From NCBI GenBank assembly GCA_025356635.1, contig JANXRY010000119.1, positions 10,128 through 74,127 on the forward strand: a DNA stretch of 64,000 bases, written 5' to 3'. The first letter of the stretch is position 1; each line of letters opens with the position of its first letter. Below the pieces are notes generated by a model. That model made no database searches. It saw only the letters and a list, made by a program, of their open reading frames with translations, and was not told the DNA's origin. This document shows positions 1-8,874 of this stretch, piece by piece. Source of the stretch: Gammaproteobacteria bacterium (GTDB lineage: Bacteria > Pseudomonadota > Gammaproteobacteria > Xanthomonadales > Xanthomonadaceae). A program made the translations under genes and the position numbers.

Positions 1-425
1 GCCAGTATTGTGGTCTGCAGGGCGGCGATCTGCACGGGGAACAACGATCCAATTGCTCCGACGAGAACCCAGGCGATGCAGAAAAAAAATAATATTAGTC
101 GGCAACGCGCATTTATATTACCCCCTCCGATGTTAGTTCCGTTGGCACTAAGCTCAATCTTTCGGTAACAAAACGCGTAGGTTAGCAATGAAGAAGCTAC
201 CCACAAGATTGTTTCATCTCGACCCATGCCGATCTTTTGGACGATCGTCTGATGAAAATCGCTCGCATCTGAGAAGACCCGCAAGACCGCATTTGTTACC
301 GCCAAAATCCAAACAAATACCATGATGGCAGTAAACAAAAAAGCGTAAATTGTTGACGCGGGCCGCGAGTCTCCGCCTCCTTGTGCGCGATAAATTCCTG
401 CGTAAATCAGCCTAAATAGTTTCAT
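1..425 (-). CDS. Multi-pass membrane protein, 3' end cut by the window edge. Candidate immunity protein of a second orphan toxin module
   Basis: Absent from the ORF track because there is no stop inside the window. My own minus-strand translation from ATG 425-423 reads MKLFRLIYAGIYRAQGGGDSRPASTIYAFLFTAIMVFVWILAVTNAVL...CRLILFFFCIAWVLVGAIGSLFPVQIAALQTTIL and stays open to nt 1. At least 3 hydrophobic helices. It starts 3 nt after the TAA of fragment 429-668. AT-rich. Confidence 0.5.
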   Translation of the reverse strand, partial: MKLFRLIYAGIYRAQGGGDSRPASTIYAFLFTAIMVFVWILAVTNAVLRVFSDASDFHQTIVQKIGMGRDETILWVASSLLTYAFCYRKIELSANGTNIGGGNINARCRLILFFFCIAWVLVGAIGSLFPVQIAALQTTIL

Positions 426-428
426 TAG

Positions 429-668
429 TTATCGTGCAGGCGGGATGACGACATCCAATATGTGATTTCCGACTGCTTCCCAGCCAGTCGATTGCTGTCC
501 AGTGACTGCGTCTGTGTACGTTGCATTTGAAGCCGCCAAATCGATCAAACCATACGCGATAGCGCCGAGCGGATCTATTACACCATTCGCTACTGCAACT
601 GCCATACCCACAGGAAGTGTCCCTGGCACCGTTTCCTGATGGCTCTGACCCCATTGATTAGGGCGCAT
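429..668 (-). pseudogene. Orphan polymorphic-toxin C-terminal remnant (79 codons from ATG 668)
   Basis: MRPNQWGQSHQETVPGTLPVGMAVAVANGVIDPLGAIAYGLIDLAASNATYTDAVTGQQSTGWEAVGNHILDVVIPPAR. The last ~58 aa align, roughly one third identical by eye, with the C-terminus of the Rhs tail at 1141-2001 (AYG..DL.A..ATY.D...G....GW.AVG). No Rhs core precedes it. It overlaps the end of 658-1134 by 11 nt. Confidence 0.45.
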
Positions 669-1134
669 TCGTCTGCAGTCGCCGCTTGAGAAACCAAGAG
701 CCAAAGCCAACGAATGCCAAAAACAACAACACCGCGAGTAGTTCTGACATCTGTTCAGCCAGTCCAATAGAAACTGAAAACAATAGGCTTGAAAAGACCC
801 ACAGATAAGTTACAACAAGGGAAGGAGATTGCTGCATACCTTCAAACCTTTGTTCGATGGAGACTCTTCGTCTATCAAAAATTAGCCAAGTTAAGATAGC
901 GCTCAATGCGATAGCCATAATGTAGACGCCATCCATTCCCATCAATATTCTTGCGCCCATTAACGAACCAGAAATTCTCGGACTCAGCATCTGAAGCGAT
1001 AACCTGAGTGCCGAATCAATAGGCGAAATCAACAAAATCGTAAATATAAGAAATGGATAGTACCTTGGCTCCCCTCGAGAAAGCTTCTTCTGCTGGCTGG
1101 ACAGAATTTCGTAGAAGTATTCCAACAGATACAT
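658..1134 (-). CDS. Multi-pass membrane protein, candidate cognate immunity protein of the Rhs C-terminal toxin
   Basis: 158-aa ORF. ATG lies 6 nt after the TGA of the toxin ORF. Several hydrophobic segments (YYPFLIFTILLISPI, GVYIMAIALSAILTWLIF, LVVTYLWVFSSLLFSVSIGL, LLAVLLFLAFVGFGSWF). Sampled lines are about 40 % G+C. Confidence 0.6.
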   Translation of the reverse strand: MYLLEYFYEILSSQQKKLSRGEPRYYPFLIFTILLISPIDSALRLSLQMLSPRISGSLMGARILMGMDGVYIMAIALSAILTWLIFDRRRVSIEQRFEGMQQSPSLVVTYLWVFSSLLFSVSIGLAEQMSELLAVLLFLAFVGFGSWFLKRRLQTNAP

Positions 1135-1140
1135 TGCGAA

Positions 1141-2001
1141 TCAATTCCCGGAAAAAAGCAGATCGACAGCCTCAAGTCCAACGGCCTGCCACCCTTGAGC
1201 GTGTGTGCCTTCCGCAAAATCATCGTATGTCGCTTGTCGCGCCATTAGGTCCATAACGCCATACGCAACACCCACCTCGGGCTGTACCAAGCTTATACCA
1301 GTCACCACGAGGCCAACTGCACCGTGTGCCCTGTCGCCGCTAGTTTCCCCTCGCGTAACATCATTTAAGTCGACGCCTACTGAGACAACTTGCGCTGTTC
1401 TTGCTACGCCTGCAGCAAACTTCCCAATTGTTACAAAGTCTCTCGTTGTTGGCAGGCCTTTTCCGGCGTCCTCCATCAGATTGGCAAACTTCTTTCCTGC
1501 GTGGGCGCCAATATCTGTTGCCGCAGCCGCTTGTCCGGCTAGTTCTACCGCTGATGGCGCGGGTCCAGTTGTCGAGCCAATTGGCGCGGCTCCGGGAAGA
1601 TATCCACCCGGCGGCATATTTGCAGAAGGTCGCCCACTAGTCCCGCCTCCGCCACCGCCCAAGTTCGTCGCAGTCGGCAACCCTAGATCCGCTCGAGTGA
1701 TTGAAGGGTGACCGCAAACCACCGAATGACACGGAGCGTTATGCCGCCCATCCGGATCCGTGAACCTATACGGATTGTCGGCGGCGTAGTCGTAGCGATT
1801 GAACTCCGACGCGGCCGGATCGACGGAAAGGAATCGCCCCACCTGCGGATCGTAATAGCGCTGCTGCATGTAGGTCAGGCCCGTGCCCTGGTCCATCACA
1901 TGCCCCGTGTAGCCCGGCCCGTCGATCAACGTCGCCCCGTACGCCTCGCCATACGGCGCATAGCTGTTGCGCTTGAGCACCGTGCCCGTGCCCCAGGCCA
2001 C
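1141..2001 (-). CDS. 5'-truncated (orphan) RHS repeat-associated core plus a ~199-aa C-terminal toxin tail of unassigned family
   Basis: The ORF contains YAPYGEAYG...GYTGHVMDQGTGLTYMQQRYYDPQVGRFLSVDP...NPYRFTDPDGRH, typical of the Rhs/YD core end. The frame stays open upstream to a TAG at 2173-2175 (...QNTGYLYLGNTLLATRD...) without an ATG, and the only in-frame start candidates are internal GTGs. No YD-repeat body is present, and the upstream neighbour is divergent lptD. Confidence 0.75.
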   Translation of the reverse strand: MAWGTGTVLKRNSYAPYGEAYGATLIDGPGYTGHVMDQGTGLTYMQQRYYDPQVGRFLSVDPAASEFNRYDYAADNPYRFTDPDGRHNAPCHSVVCGHPSITRADLGLPTATNLGGGGGGTSGRPSANMPPGGYLPGAAPIGSTTGPAPSAVELAGQAAAATDIGAHAGKKFANLMEDAGKGLPTTRDFVTIGKFAAGVARTAQVVSVGVDLNDVTRGETSGDRAHGAVGLVVTGISLVQPEVGVAYGVMDLMARQATYDDFAEGTHAQGWQAVGLEAVDLLFSGN

Positions 2002-2210
2002 GTCGCGGGTCGCCAGCAGCGTATTGCCCAGGTAGAGGTAGCCGGTGTTCTGGCTGCGGCGCGCGTGGGAAGCTCGCCCTGGGCCCTTGTCCGCCGCCCC
2101 ATCCGCGGGGGCTGGAACCGCCCTGACGCGGCCGAGCCCGGCCGGATGCCACCCCGATCCCCGCCGTGCTCGGGCTAGAATGTCCTACCCGTCCCACAGG
2201 ATATCCACCC

Positions 2211-4424
2211 GTGCGTCATAGCCGCTTGCGCGTGTTGCCGCTCTGCCTTGCCATCGCCGGCACCGCTCATGCCCAGCAGATCGCACCCTCCTCGACGGCG
2301 ACTTGGGCGCTATGCGCCTTGCCCGATACCCTGCCGATGCTTGTCTCACCGACGCCGGCCGGAGTCGGACGCGATAGTGCGCCAACCGACGTTTCGGCCG
2401 ATGCCCTGGACGTGCGGAAGAGCGAGGAGACGATTTTCTCGGGAACCGTACAACTGCAACACGCCGACCAGTGGCTGGGTACTGACCGCCTGACTTATAC
2501 CCATACCGATGAACGATTTGTCACCGAAGGGCCGGTCAAATACCAGGACCAGCACCTTCGTCTGACCGCCGACAAGGCCCGCGGCGACCAGAAGGCCGAG
2601 ACGCTGGATCTCGACAACGCGATTTACCAGTTCAACCAGGATCCCGGCAATGGCCGGGCCGATGCCGTGCACATGCACGGCAGCGTCGGCACCCTGGACG
2701 GCGCGACCTATTCCACCTGCCCGCCCGGGCAGCGGCAATGGGAGTTCTCCGCCAGCCGGATCACCGTCAACCAGGACACCAAGACCGGCGTCGCGCACAA
2801 CGTTCTCCTTCGCCTGGGCGGTATCCCGGTGATCTGGTTGCCGGTAGTGAGCTTCCCGACCGACGACAAACGCCGCAGTGGCATCCTGTCGCCCAGCATC
2901 GGTCGAGATGACCGCAATGGGCTGGATATCTCAGTACCGGTCTACCTGAACCTGGCACCCAACTACGATGCCACCCTGACGCCACGTTGGCTGTCCAAGC
3001 GTGGGTTGATGCTGGAAGGCGAGTTCCGTTACCTGAGCGAGCGCTCGAGCGGAAAGTTCACCGGCACATGGTTACCGAACGATGACATCACTGGACGCGA
3101 CCGCAGCCTGATCAATTTCGATCACCGGACGTGGCTCAATGAGCATTGGTCGGCAAGCGCAAACATCAATCGCGTCAGCGACCGCAACTACCTGGGCGAT
3201 TTTGGCGATTCAATTGCCAACACTTCGGTTTCGCTGTTGTCCAGCGAGGCGGGTTTCTTCGGGCGAGGCCGCTATTGGACCGCCAGCTTGTCCAGTGAAG
3301 TCTGGCAGATCGCCAATCCACTCCTGCCCGATGGCAGCGAACCCTATCGCCGGCTACCGCGTTTGCAAGCCAGTGCGCACAAGCCGCTGGCCCCCTGGCT
3401 GGAGGTGGGCGTGGACGCCGAGGCGGTGCGATTCACCCACGACAGTTTGGCCGGTGGGCAACGCGTTGATCTGGAACCGTACCTGGCATTCTATTTCGGC
3501 GGTAGCAGTTGGTACGCCGATCCGAAACTGGCCTGGCGTTACACCAGTTACTCACTCGACCGTGACTTCACGTCTGTTCCCGATCGCAACCCCCGCCGCA
3601 GCCTGCCGATCCTGAGCCTCGATGCCGGCGCCTATTTCGAGCGCGAGTTCGATTGGGGAGGGCGCTCGATGCTGCAAACCCTGGAACCGCGCCTGTTTTA
3701 CCTGCGCGTACCCTACCGAAACCAAGACGATATCCCGTTGTTCGACACCCGTGAATTGACTTTTGACTGGGCCTCGCTGTTCCGCGATAACCGCTTCGGC
3801 GGTGCCGATCGCCAGGCGGATGCCAACCAGCTGACCTTGGCCCTGACCAGCCGGCTGCTGTCCACCGCCGATGGCCGTGAACGCATCAGTGCCAGCGTCG
3901 GCCGCATCAGTTATTTCAACGCGCCGCGGGTAGCACTTGGATCGATCCCGGCATCTGACAATGGCAGCGACTGGGTTACCCAAGTGGACTGGTCGATCAA
4001 TGATGACTGGAGTGTGGGCGTTACCGAGCAGTGGGATCCGGACCACCGGCAGACCGACCTGTCCTCGGTCCACAGCCAATTGCGCCTGCATGACGGTGCC
4101 ATCATCAACGCAGCCTACCGATACCGGCGCAATTCGCTGGAACAAACCGACCTGAGTTTTGTCGTACCGGTGAACCCGAACTGGAGCCTGTACGGACGAT
4201 GGAACTACTCATTGCGCGACAACCAGACCATCGAGGCGCTGGGAGGATTCCAGTGGAAGAGCTGCTGCGTGTCAGTGCGCTTGCTCGGCCGTCAGTACAT
4301 CCGCAGTTTCGACAGTCGGCAAAATCTCGGCCTGTACCTGGAGATCGAGCTGAACGGACTGGGCAGTTTCGGCCGCGACACGGCCCGTTTGCTCGATAAT
4401 GCTATCCTTGGCTATGCCCGTTGA
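2211..4424 (+). CDS. lptD: LPS assembly outer-membrane protein LptD
   Basis: 752-aa ORF. GTG 2211 gives the signal peptide MRHSRLRVLPLCLAIAGTAHA; GTG 2166 is also possible. OstA-like N-domain plus a large beta-barrel. Followed by surA-pdxA-rsmA as in E. coli. Confidence 0.9.
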   Translation: MRHSRLRVLPLCLAIAGTAHAQQIAPSSTATWALCALPDTLPMLVSPTPAGVGRDSAPTDVSADALDVRKSEETIFSGTVQLQHADQWLGTDRLTYTHTDERFVTEGPVKYQDQHLRLTADKARGDQKAETLDLDNAIYQFNQDPGNGRADAVHMHGSVGTLDGATYSTCPPGQRQWEFSASRITVNQDTKTGVAHNVLLRLGGIPVIWLPVVSFPTDDKRRSGILSPSIGRDDRNGLDISVPVYLNLAPNYDATLTPRWLSKRGLMLEGEFRYLSERSSGKFTGTWLPNDDITGRDRSLINFDHRTWLNEHWSASANINRVSDRNYLGDFGDSIANTSVSLLSSEAGFFGRGRYWTASLSSEVWQIANPLLPDGSEPYRRLPRLQASAHKPLAPWLEVGVDAEAVRFTHDSLAGGQRVDLEPYLAFYFGGSSWYADPKLAWRYTSYSLDRDFTSVPDRNPRRSLPILSLDAGAYFEREFDWGGRSMLQTLEPRLFYLRVPYRNQDDIPLFDTRELTFDWASLFRDNRFGGADRQADANQLTLALTSRLLSTADGRERISASVGRISYFNAPRVALGSIPASDNGSDWVTQVDWSINDDWSVGVTEQWDPDHRQTDLSSVHSQLRLHDGAIINAAYRYRRNSLEQTDLSFVVPVNPNWSLYGRWNYSLRDNQTIEALGGFQWKSCCVSVRLLGRQYIRSFDSRQNLGLYLEIELNGLGSFGRDTARLLDNAILGYAR

Positions 4425-4463
4425 TCGTCGCGCCAGCCGGCGCGAACCGGAGTTTTCGACCCT

Positions 4464-5762
4464 ATGAAACCGATCTATTCCACCCTTCTTGCCTGTTTTC
4501 TGGCCACCGCTCCCGGCGCCGCCGTGCTGGCCCAGTCCGCGCCCTCCAATCCGATCGACAGTATCGTTGCCGTCGTTGACGAGGATGTGATCCTGCGCAG
4601 CGAGCTTGATCGTGCCGTCGCCAACATCACCGGCCAGTTCACCGCCCATCCAGAACAACTTCCACCACGCGACATCCTGGAAAAGCAGGTGCTCGACCGG
4701 CTGGTATTGATGCGCCTGCAAATCGGTCGCGCCAAGGATTCCGGCATCCGAATTTCCGAGGCGGAATTGCAGCAGGCCAGCACCACGATCGCCAGCAACA
4801 ACCACATGAGCCTGGAGCAGTTGCGCCAGCGCTTGGCTTCCGATGGCCTGAGCTACGAGGAATTCCAAGCCAGCCTGCACGATGATATGACCGTGCAACG
4901 CCTGCGCCAGCGTTATGCCCAGAGCCAGGTCCAGATCAGCGAAGCGGAAGTCGATCAATTGCTGGCCACGCAGGAAATCGGCGGCTCTGAATTGCGCCTG
5001 GCCAACATCCAGATCAACGTCTCCGACGGTGCCACGCCGGACGAGATCGCCGCAGCCAAGGCCAAGATCGAGGAGATCAAGGGCTCGATCGAACGCGGCG
5101 AAATTGGTTTCCGTGCCGCGGCAGCGCGCTACTCGCAGGCACAGAACGCGCTCGATGGTGGCGAAATCGGCTGGCGCTCGACCGATGCCATTCCTCCGGC
5201 CTTCGCGGCCATGCTCAAGCAGATGCAGCCGGGCCAGATCTCCGAGGCACTACGCGGCGCCGGCGGATTCCAGATCGTGCAGTTGGAAGAAGTACGCGCG
5301 GCCCAACCACAGCAGATCACTCAGTACCGTGCTTCGGACATCATGGTCCGCACCACGGACACGGTGAATGCCGAAGCCGCCCGCCAGAAGATCGACGCCT
5401 TGCGTGATCGCATTGCCGCCGGCGAGGATTTCGCCAAAGTCGCCAAGGAAGCCTCGGACGACACCCTCACCCGCAACAGCGGTGGTGACATGGGCTGGTT
5501 CCAGGCCGACCAGTGGGGCGGTGCGGTTGCCGCTCAGATTGTCAGCCTGGCCGACGGCGATGTGTCGCCGGTGTTCGAGAGCGAAATTGGCTTCCACTTG
5601 CTCAAGCGCATCGGCACCCGCGAGCAGGATGTGACCGACCAGAACCGGCGCAACAAGGCGCGCGAGATCATTGGCCAACGCAAGTCGGATGAAGTCTACG
5701 AACGTTACCTGCGCCAGCTGCGCGCCGACGCCTTCGTGGAAAGCCGCCTCGGCGGCGCCTGA
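4464..5762 (+). CDS. surA: Periplasmic chaperone / peptidyl-prolyl isomerase SurA
   Basis: 432 aa. Signal peptide MKPIYSTLLACFLATAPGAAVLA. SurA N-domain plus two parvulin-like domains (GGEIGWR, GGDMGWF). Confidence 0.93.
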   Translation: MKPIYSTLLACFLATAPGAAVLAQSAPSNPIDSIVAVVDEDVILRSELDRAVANITGQFTAHPEQLPPRDILEKQVLDRLVLMRLQIGRAKDSGIRISEAELQQASTTIASNNHMSLEQLRQRLASDGLSYEEFQASLHDDMTVQRLRQRYAQSQVQISEAEVDQLLATQEIGGSELRLANIQINVSDGATPDEIAAAKAKIEEIKGSIERGEIGFRAAAARYSQAQNALDGGEIGWRSTDAIPPAFAAMLKQMQPGQISEALRGAGGFQIVQLEEVRAAQPQQITQYRASDIMVRTTDTVNAEAARQKIDALRDRIAAGEDFAKVAKEASDDTLTRNSGGDMGWFQADQWGGAVAAQIVSLADGDVSPVFESEIGFHLLKRIGTREQDVTDQNRRNKAREIIGQRKSDEVYERYLRQLRADAFVESRLGGA

Positions 5763-5768
5763 GCAACG

Positions 5769-6740
5769 ATGCGGCCCAGGCTGGCCCTGGTTCCGGGCGA
5801 GCCTGCCGGCATCGGGCCGGAGCTCTGCGTCCGGCTGGCGCAACGCGAACACGATGCCCGCCTGATAGCCATCGCTGACCCCGATACCTTGTTGAAGGCG
5901 GCGCATGCGCTCGGCTTGCCGCTGCGCCTGCGCGACGCCACTGAGAATTCCGGCGCCGGCGAACTGGCATTGATCCCGATGCCTCAGGCGCAAGCGTCTC
6001 ACTTCGGCAGCGCCGATCCCGCCAATGCCCGCGCCGTGATTGCTGCCCTGCTGCGCGGCGGCAGCGGCTGCCTCAATGGCGAATTCCACGGCCTGGTCAC
6101 CGGCCCGGTGCACAAGGCGAATATCAACGCCGGCGGTATCGCCTACATCGGCACAACCGAATTGTTGGCGGAACAAGCGAACGCCGATGTAGTGATGATG
6201 CTGGCCAACCCGACCTTGCGCGTGGCCCTGGCAACGACCCACCTGCCCTTGCGTAGCGTGCCGGATGCAATCACACGCGCATCGCTGACACGCACGCTAC
6301 GCGTGCTCGATGCCGCTTTGCGTGGCGACTTCGCCATTGCTCGGCCACGCATCGCGGTGCTTGGCCTGAATCCCCATGCCGGCGAAGACGGCGTACTCGG
6401 CGCGGAAGAAATCGAAACGATTACACCCGTGCTTGACCACTTGCGCGGCGAAGGCATGAACTTGACTGGCCCCATGCCGGCAGACACAGCCTTTCTACCG
6501 CAAATGCTCGCTGAATTCGACGCCGTGCTGGCGATGTACCACGACCAGGGCCTACCGGTGCTCAAGCATTCCGGATTTGAGCAAGCGGTGAATATCACCC
6601 TCGGCCTGCCCTACCCGCGCGTCGCCGTGGATCACGGCACGGCATTGTCGTTGGCTGGCAAAGGCGTCGCCGATCCATCCAGCCTGTTTGCTGCCGTCGC
6701 CTGCTGCACGGCCATGGCCCACGCCAGGATGTCGGCATGA
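5769..6740 (+). CDS. pdxA: 4-hydroxythreonine-4-phosphate dehydrogenase PdxA
   Basis: 323 aa. PdxA motifs GEPAGIGPE, GLNPHAGEDG, MYHDQGLPVLK. Conserved position after surA. Confidence 0.93.
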   Translation: MRPRLALVPGEPAGIGPELCVRLAQREHDARLIAIADPDTLLKAAHALGLPLRLRDATENSGAGELALIPMPQAQASHFGSADPANARAVIAALLRGGSGCLNGEFHGLVTGPVHKANINAGGIAYIGTTELLAEQANADVVMMLANPTLRVALATTHLPLRSVPDAITRASLTRTLRVLDAALRGDFAIARPRIAVLGLNPHAGEDGVLGAEEIETITPVLDHLRGEGMNLTGPMPADTAFLPQMLAEFDAVLAMYHDQGLPVLKHSGFEQAVNITLGLPYPRVAVDHGTALSLAGKGVADPSSLFAAVACCTAMAHARMSA

Positions 6741-7537
6741 ACCGCTTCACTGCACCGCCCAAGAAAAACCTCGGTCAGCACTTCCTGCACGAGCGTGGCG
6801 TGATCGAAAAAATCGTGCTCGCCGTCGATCCGCAACCAGGCGACATGCTGGTCGAGATCGGGCCCGGCCAAGGTGCACTGACCTTGCCCCTACTGCGCAA
6901 GCATGGCGCGCTGACCGTGATCGAGTTCGATCGCGATCTGATCACGCCACTGATGGAATCCGCCGAAGGCGTCGGCGACCTGACCATCATCCACAAAGAT
7001 GTGCTCAAGGTCGATTTCGGCAAGCTTGCCGGTGAAAGCCGCATTCGATTGGTCGGCAATCTGCCCTACAACATTTCCACTCCCATTTTGTTCCACGTAC
7101 TCGAACACGCCGACGCCATCATCGACATGCATTTCATGTTGCAGAAGGAAGTGGTCGAACGCATGGCGTCGGCGCCGGGTAGCAAGGTCTACGGCCGGCT
7201 CAGTGTGATGTTGCAGGCCGTGTGTCGCGTCGTAACTTTGTTCGATGTCGCGCCCGGTGCGTTTCGGCCACCACCAAAAGTGGATTCTGCCGTGGTCCGG
7301 TTGCTGCCCAAGCCCGCTGTCGAGATCGGCATCGCTGATCCGGTGTTTTTCGAGGCCTTGGTCCGCGATGCTTTCGGCCAGCGACGCAAGACCTTGCGCA
7401 ACTCCGTGCAGGCGCACTGCACAGCTGAAACCATCCTCGCCGCCGGCCTGCGCCCCGAGGCGCGCGCCGAACAGCTGGAAGTCGCCGAATTCATCGCTCT
7501 GGCCAATTTCCTGGCCGCTCAGCAGCCCGTACACTGA
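6737..7537 (+). CDS. rsmA: 16S rRNA (adenine1518/1519-N6)-dimethyltransferase RsmA/KsgA
   Basis: 266 aa. Motifs LGQHFL, VEIGPGQGALT, GNLPYNISTPI. ATGA overlap with the pdxA stop. Confidence 0.93.
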   Translation: MNRFTAPPKKNLGQHFLHERGVIEKIVLAVDPQPGDMLVEIGPGQGALTLPLLRKHGALTVIEFDRDLITPLMESAEGVGDLTIIHKDVLKVDFGKLAGESRIRLVGNLPYNISTPILFHVLEHADAIIDMHFMLQKEVVERMASAPGSKVYGRLSVMLQAVCRVVTLFDVAPGAFRPPPKVDSAVVRLLPKPAVEIGIADPVFFEALVRDAFGQRRKTLRNSVQAHCTAETILAAGLRPEARAEQLEVAEFIALANFLAAQQPVH

Positions 7538-7541
7538 CGCC

Positions 7542-8384
7542 ATGGCCACCTACGCAATCGGCGACGTTCAAGGCTGCTACGACGCGCTGCAACGGCTGCT
7601 GGAAAAAATCCGCTTCGACCCGATTCAGGATCGCCTCTGGTTCTGTGGCGATCTGGTCAACCGTGGCGGGCAATCCCTCGAGACCCTGCGCCTGGTGCAA
7701 TCGCTGGCGATCCACAGCACAGTGGTACTGGGCAACCACGATCTGTCGCTGCTGGCGATTGCGCAGCGACAGGAGTCCGACCAACGCCGGGTCAATCTTG
7801 ATCTGCAGCGAGTGCTGTTCGCCGAGGATCGCGATTTGCTGATCGATTGGCTGCGCCAGCAGAAGTTGCTGCACGTCGATCGCAGCCTCGGTTTTGCCAT
7901 GGTCCACGCCGGTCTTGCGCCGAAGTGGACGATCAAGATCGCCGAGGCGCGCGCGCATGAGGTCGAAGAACAACTGCGCGGAGACGGCTACCACAAGGCG
8001 CTGAAGAACATGTACGGCGACAAGCCAGCATGGTCGCCCAAGCTGACCGGCCCGGAACGCTTCCGCGCCATCATCAACGCTTTCACCCGCATGCGTTACT
8101 GCACGCCCAGCGGACGGATCGGCTTCGAGGACAAGGGTCGGCCTGGCAGCCAACAACCGGGGCTGTATCCGTGGTTCGAAGTGCCAGGCCATGCGCCGCG
8201 CGAGTTACCCGTCGTCTGCGGACACTGGTCCACGCTCGGTCTGTTCATGGGCCTGGGTGTTTACAGCATCGACACCGGCGCCGTTTGGGGCGGAAAACTC
8301 ACAGCGCTCGAACTCGGTCCTGAGCTGCGCCTGCATCAGGTGGCGGGTCGGGCCATGCCGGCAGGCGAGAAAGCCAGCGATTGA
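7542..8384 (+). CDS. apaH: Bis(5'-nucleosyl)-tetraphosphatase (symmetrical) ApaH
   Basis: ATG 7542 gives MATYAIGDVQGCYDAL...GDLVNRG...GNHD (calcineurin-like ApaH). The 379-aa track ORF is an upstream extension overlapping rsmA. Confidence 0.9.
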   Translation: MATYAIGDVQGCYDALQRLLEKIRFDPIQDRLWFCGDLVNRGGQSLETLRLVQSLAIHSTVVLGNHDLSLLAIAQRQESDQRRVNLDLQRVLFAEDRDLLIDWLRQQKLLHVDRSLGFAMVHAGLAPKWTIKIAEARAHEVEEQLRGDGYHKALKNMYGDKPAWSPKLTGPERFRAIINAFTRMRYCTPSGRIGFEDKGRPGSQQPGLYPWFEVPGHAPRELPVVCGHWSTLGLFMGLGVYSIDTGAVWGGKLTALELGPELRLHQVAGRAMPAGEKASD

Positions 8385-8385
8385 T

Positions 8386-8874
8386 TCAGCGCCGCACGAA
8401 GTCCACGAACTCGAACCCGTACGCATGCTTGCCGTCCGGCGCATGCGCCTCGCGGAATCCGGCCCGCCATTGCGACGGATCGTAAGCCGGAAAAAACGTA
8501 TCGCCGTCCTCGACCACGGTATCGACGTGGGTCAAGTGCAACGTGTTCGCGAACGGCAATGCCAGCGCATAAATTTCGCCGCCGCCGATCACCATCAACT
8601 CGACATCACCAACGAGTGCGAGCGCCGCATCGAGCGACGCCACCGCTTCCATGCCGGCGAAGGGCGCGCTGACCGATCGCGTCAACACCAGATTGTGCCG
8701 GCCCGGCAAAGCGCGACCGAGTGACTCAGCCGTCTTGCGCCCCATCAGCACCGGTTTGCCGAGCGTCAGCGCCTTGAAGCGCTTGAGGTCGTCCGGCAGG
8801 CGCCAAGGCAACTCGTTGCCGCGGCCGATGGCGCGATGTCGGTCCAGCGCCGCGACCAGCGCAATTGAGCTCAC
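8386..8874 (-). CDS. folA: Dihydrofolate reductase
   Basis: 162 aa. GTG start overlapping the thyA stop (GTGA). [47 protein letters not shown]. Confidence 0.92.
   Translation of the reverse strand: MSSIALVAALDRHRAIGRGNELPWRLPDDLKRFKALTLGKPVLMGRKTAESLGRALPGRHNLVLTRSVSAPFAGMEAVASLDAALALVGDVELMVIGGGEIYALALPFANTLHLTHVDTVVEDGDTFFPAYDPSQWRAGFREAHAPDGKHAYGFEFVDFVRR

Noticed and set aside
412-654. 80-aa minus-strand ORF in an alternative frame of the toxin-tail remnant region
   Set aside because: It has no similarity to anything nearby. The overlapping frame 429-668 shows clear homology to the Rhs tail at 1141-2001.
1205-1711. 168-aa plus-strand ORF
   Set aside because: It is antisense to the Rhs tail, is Pro/Ala-rich and low-complexity, and has no start context.
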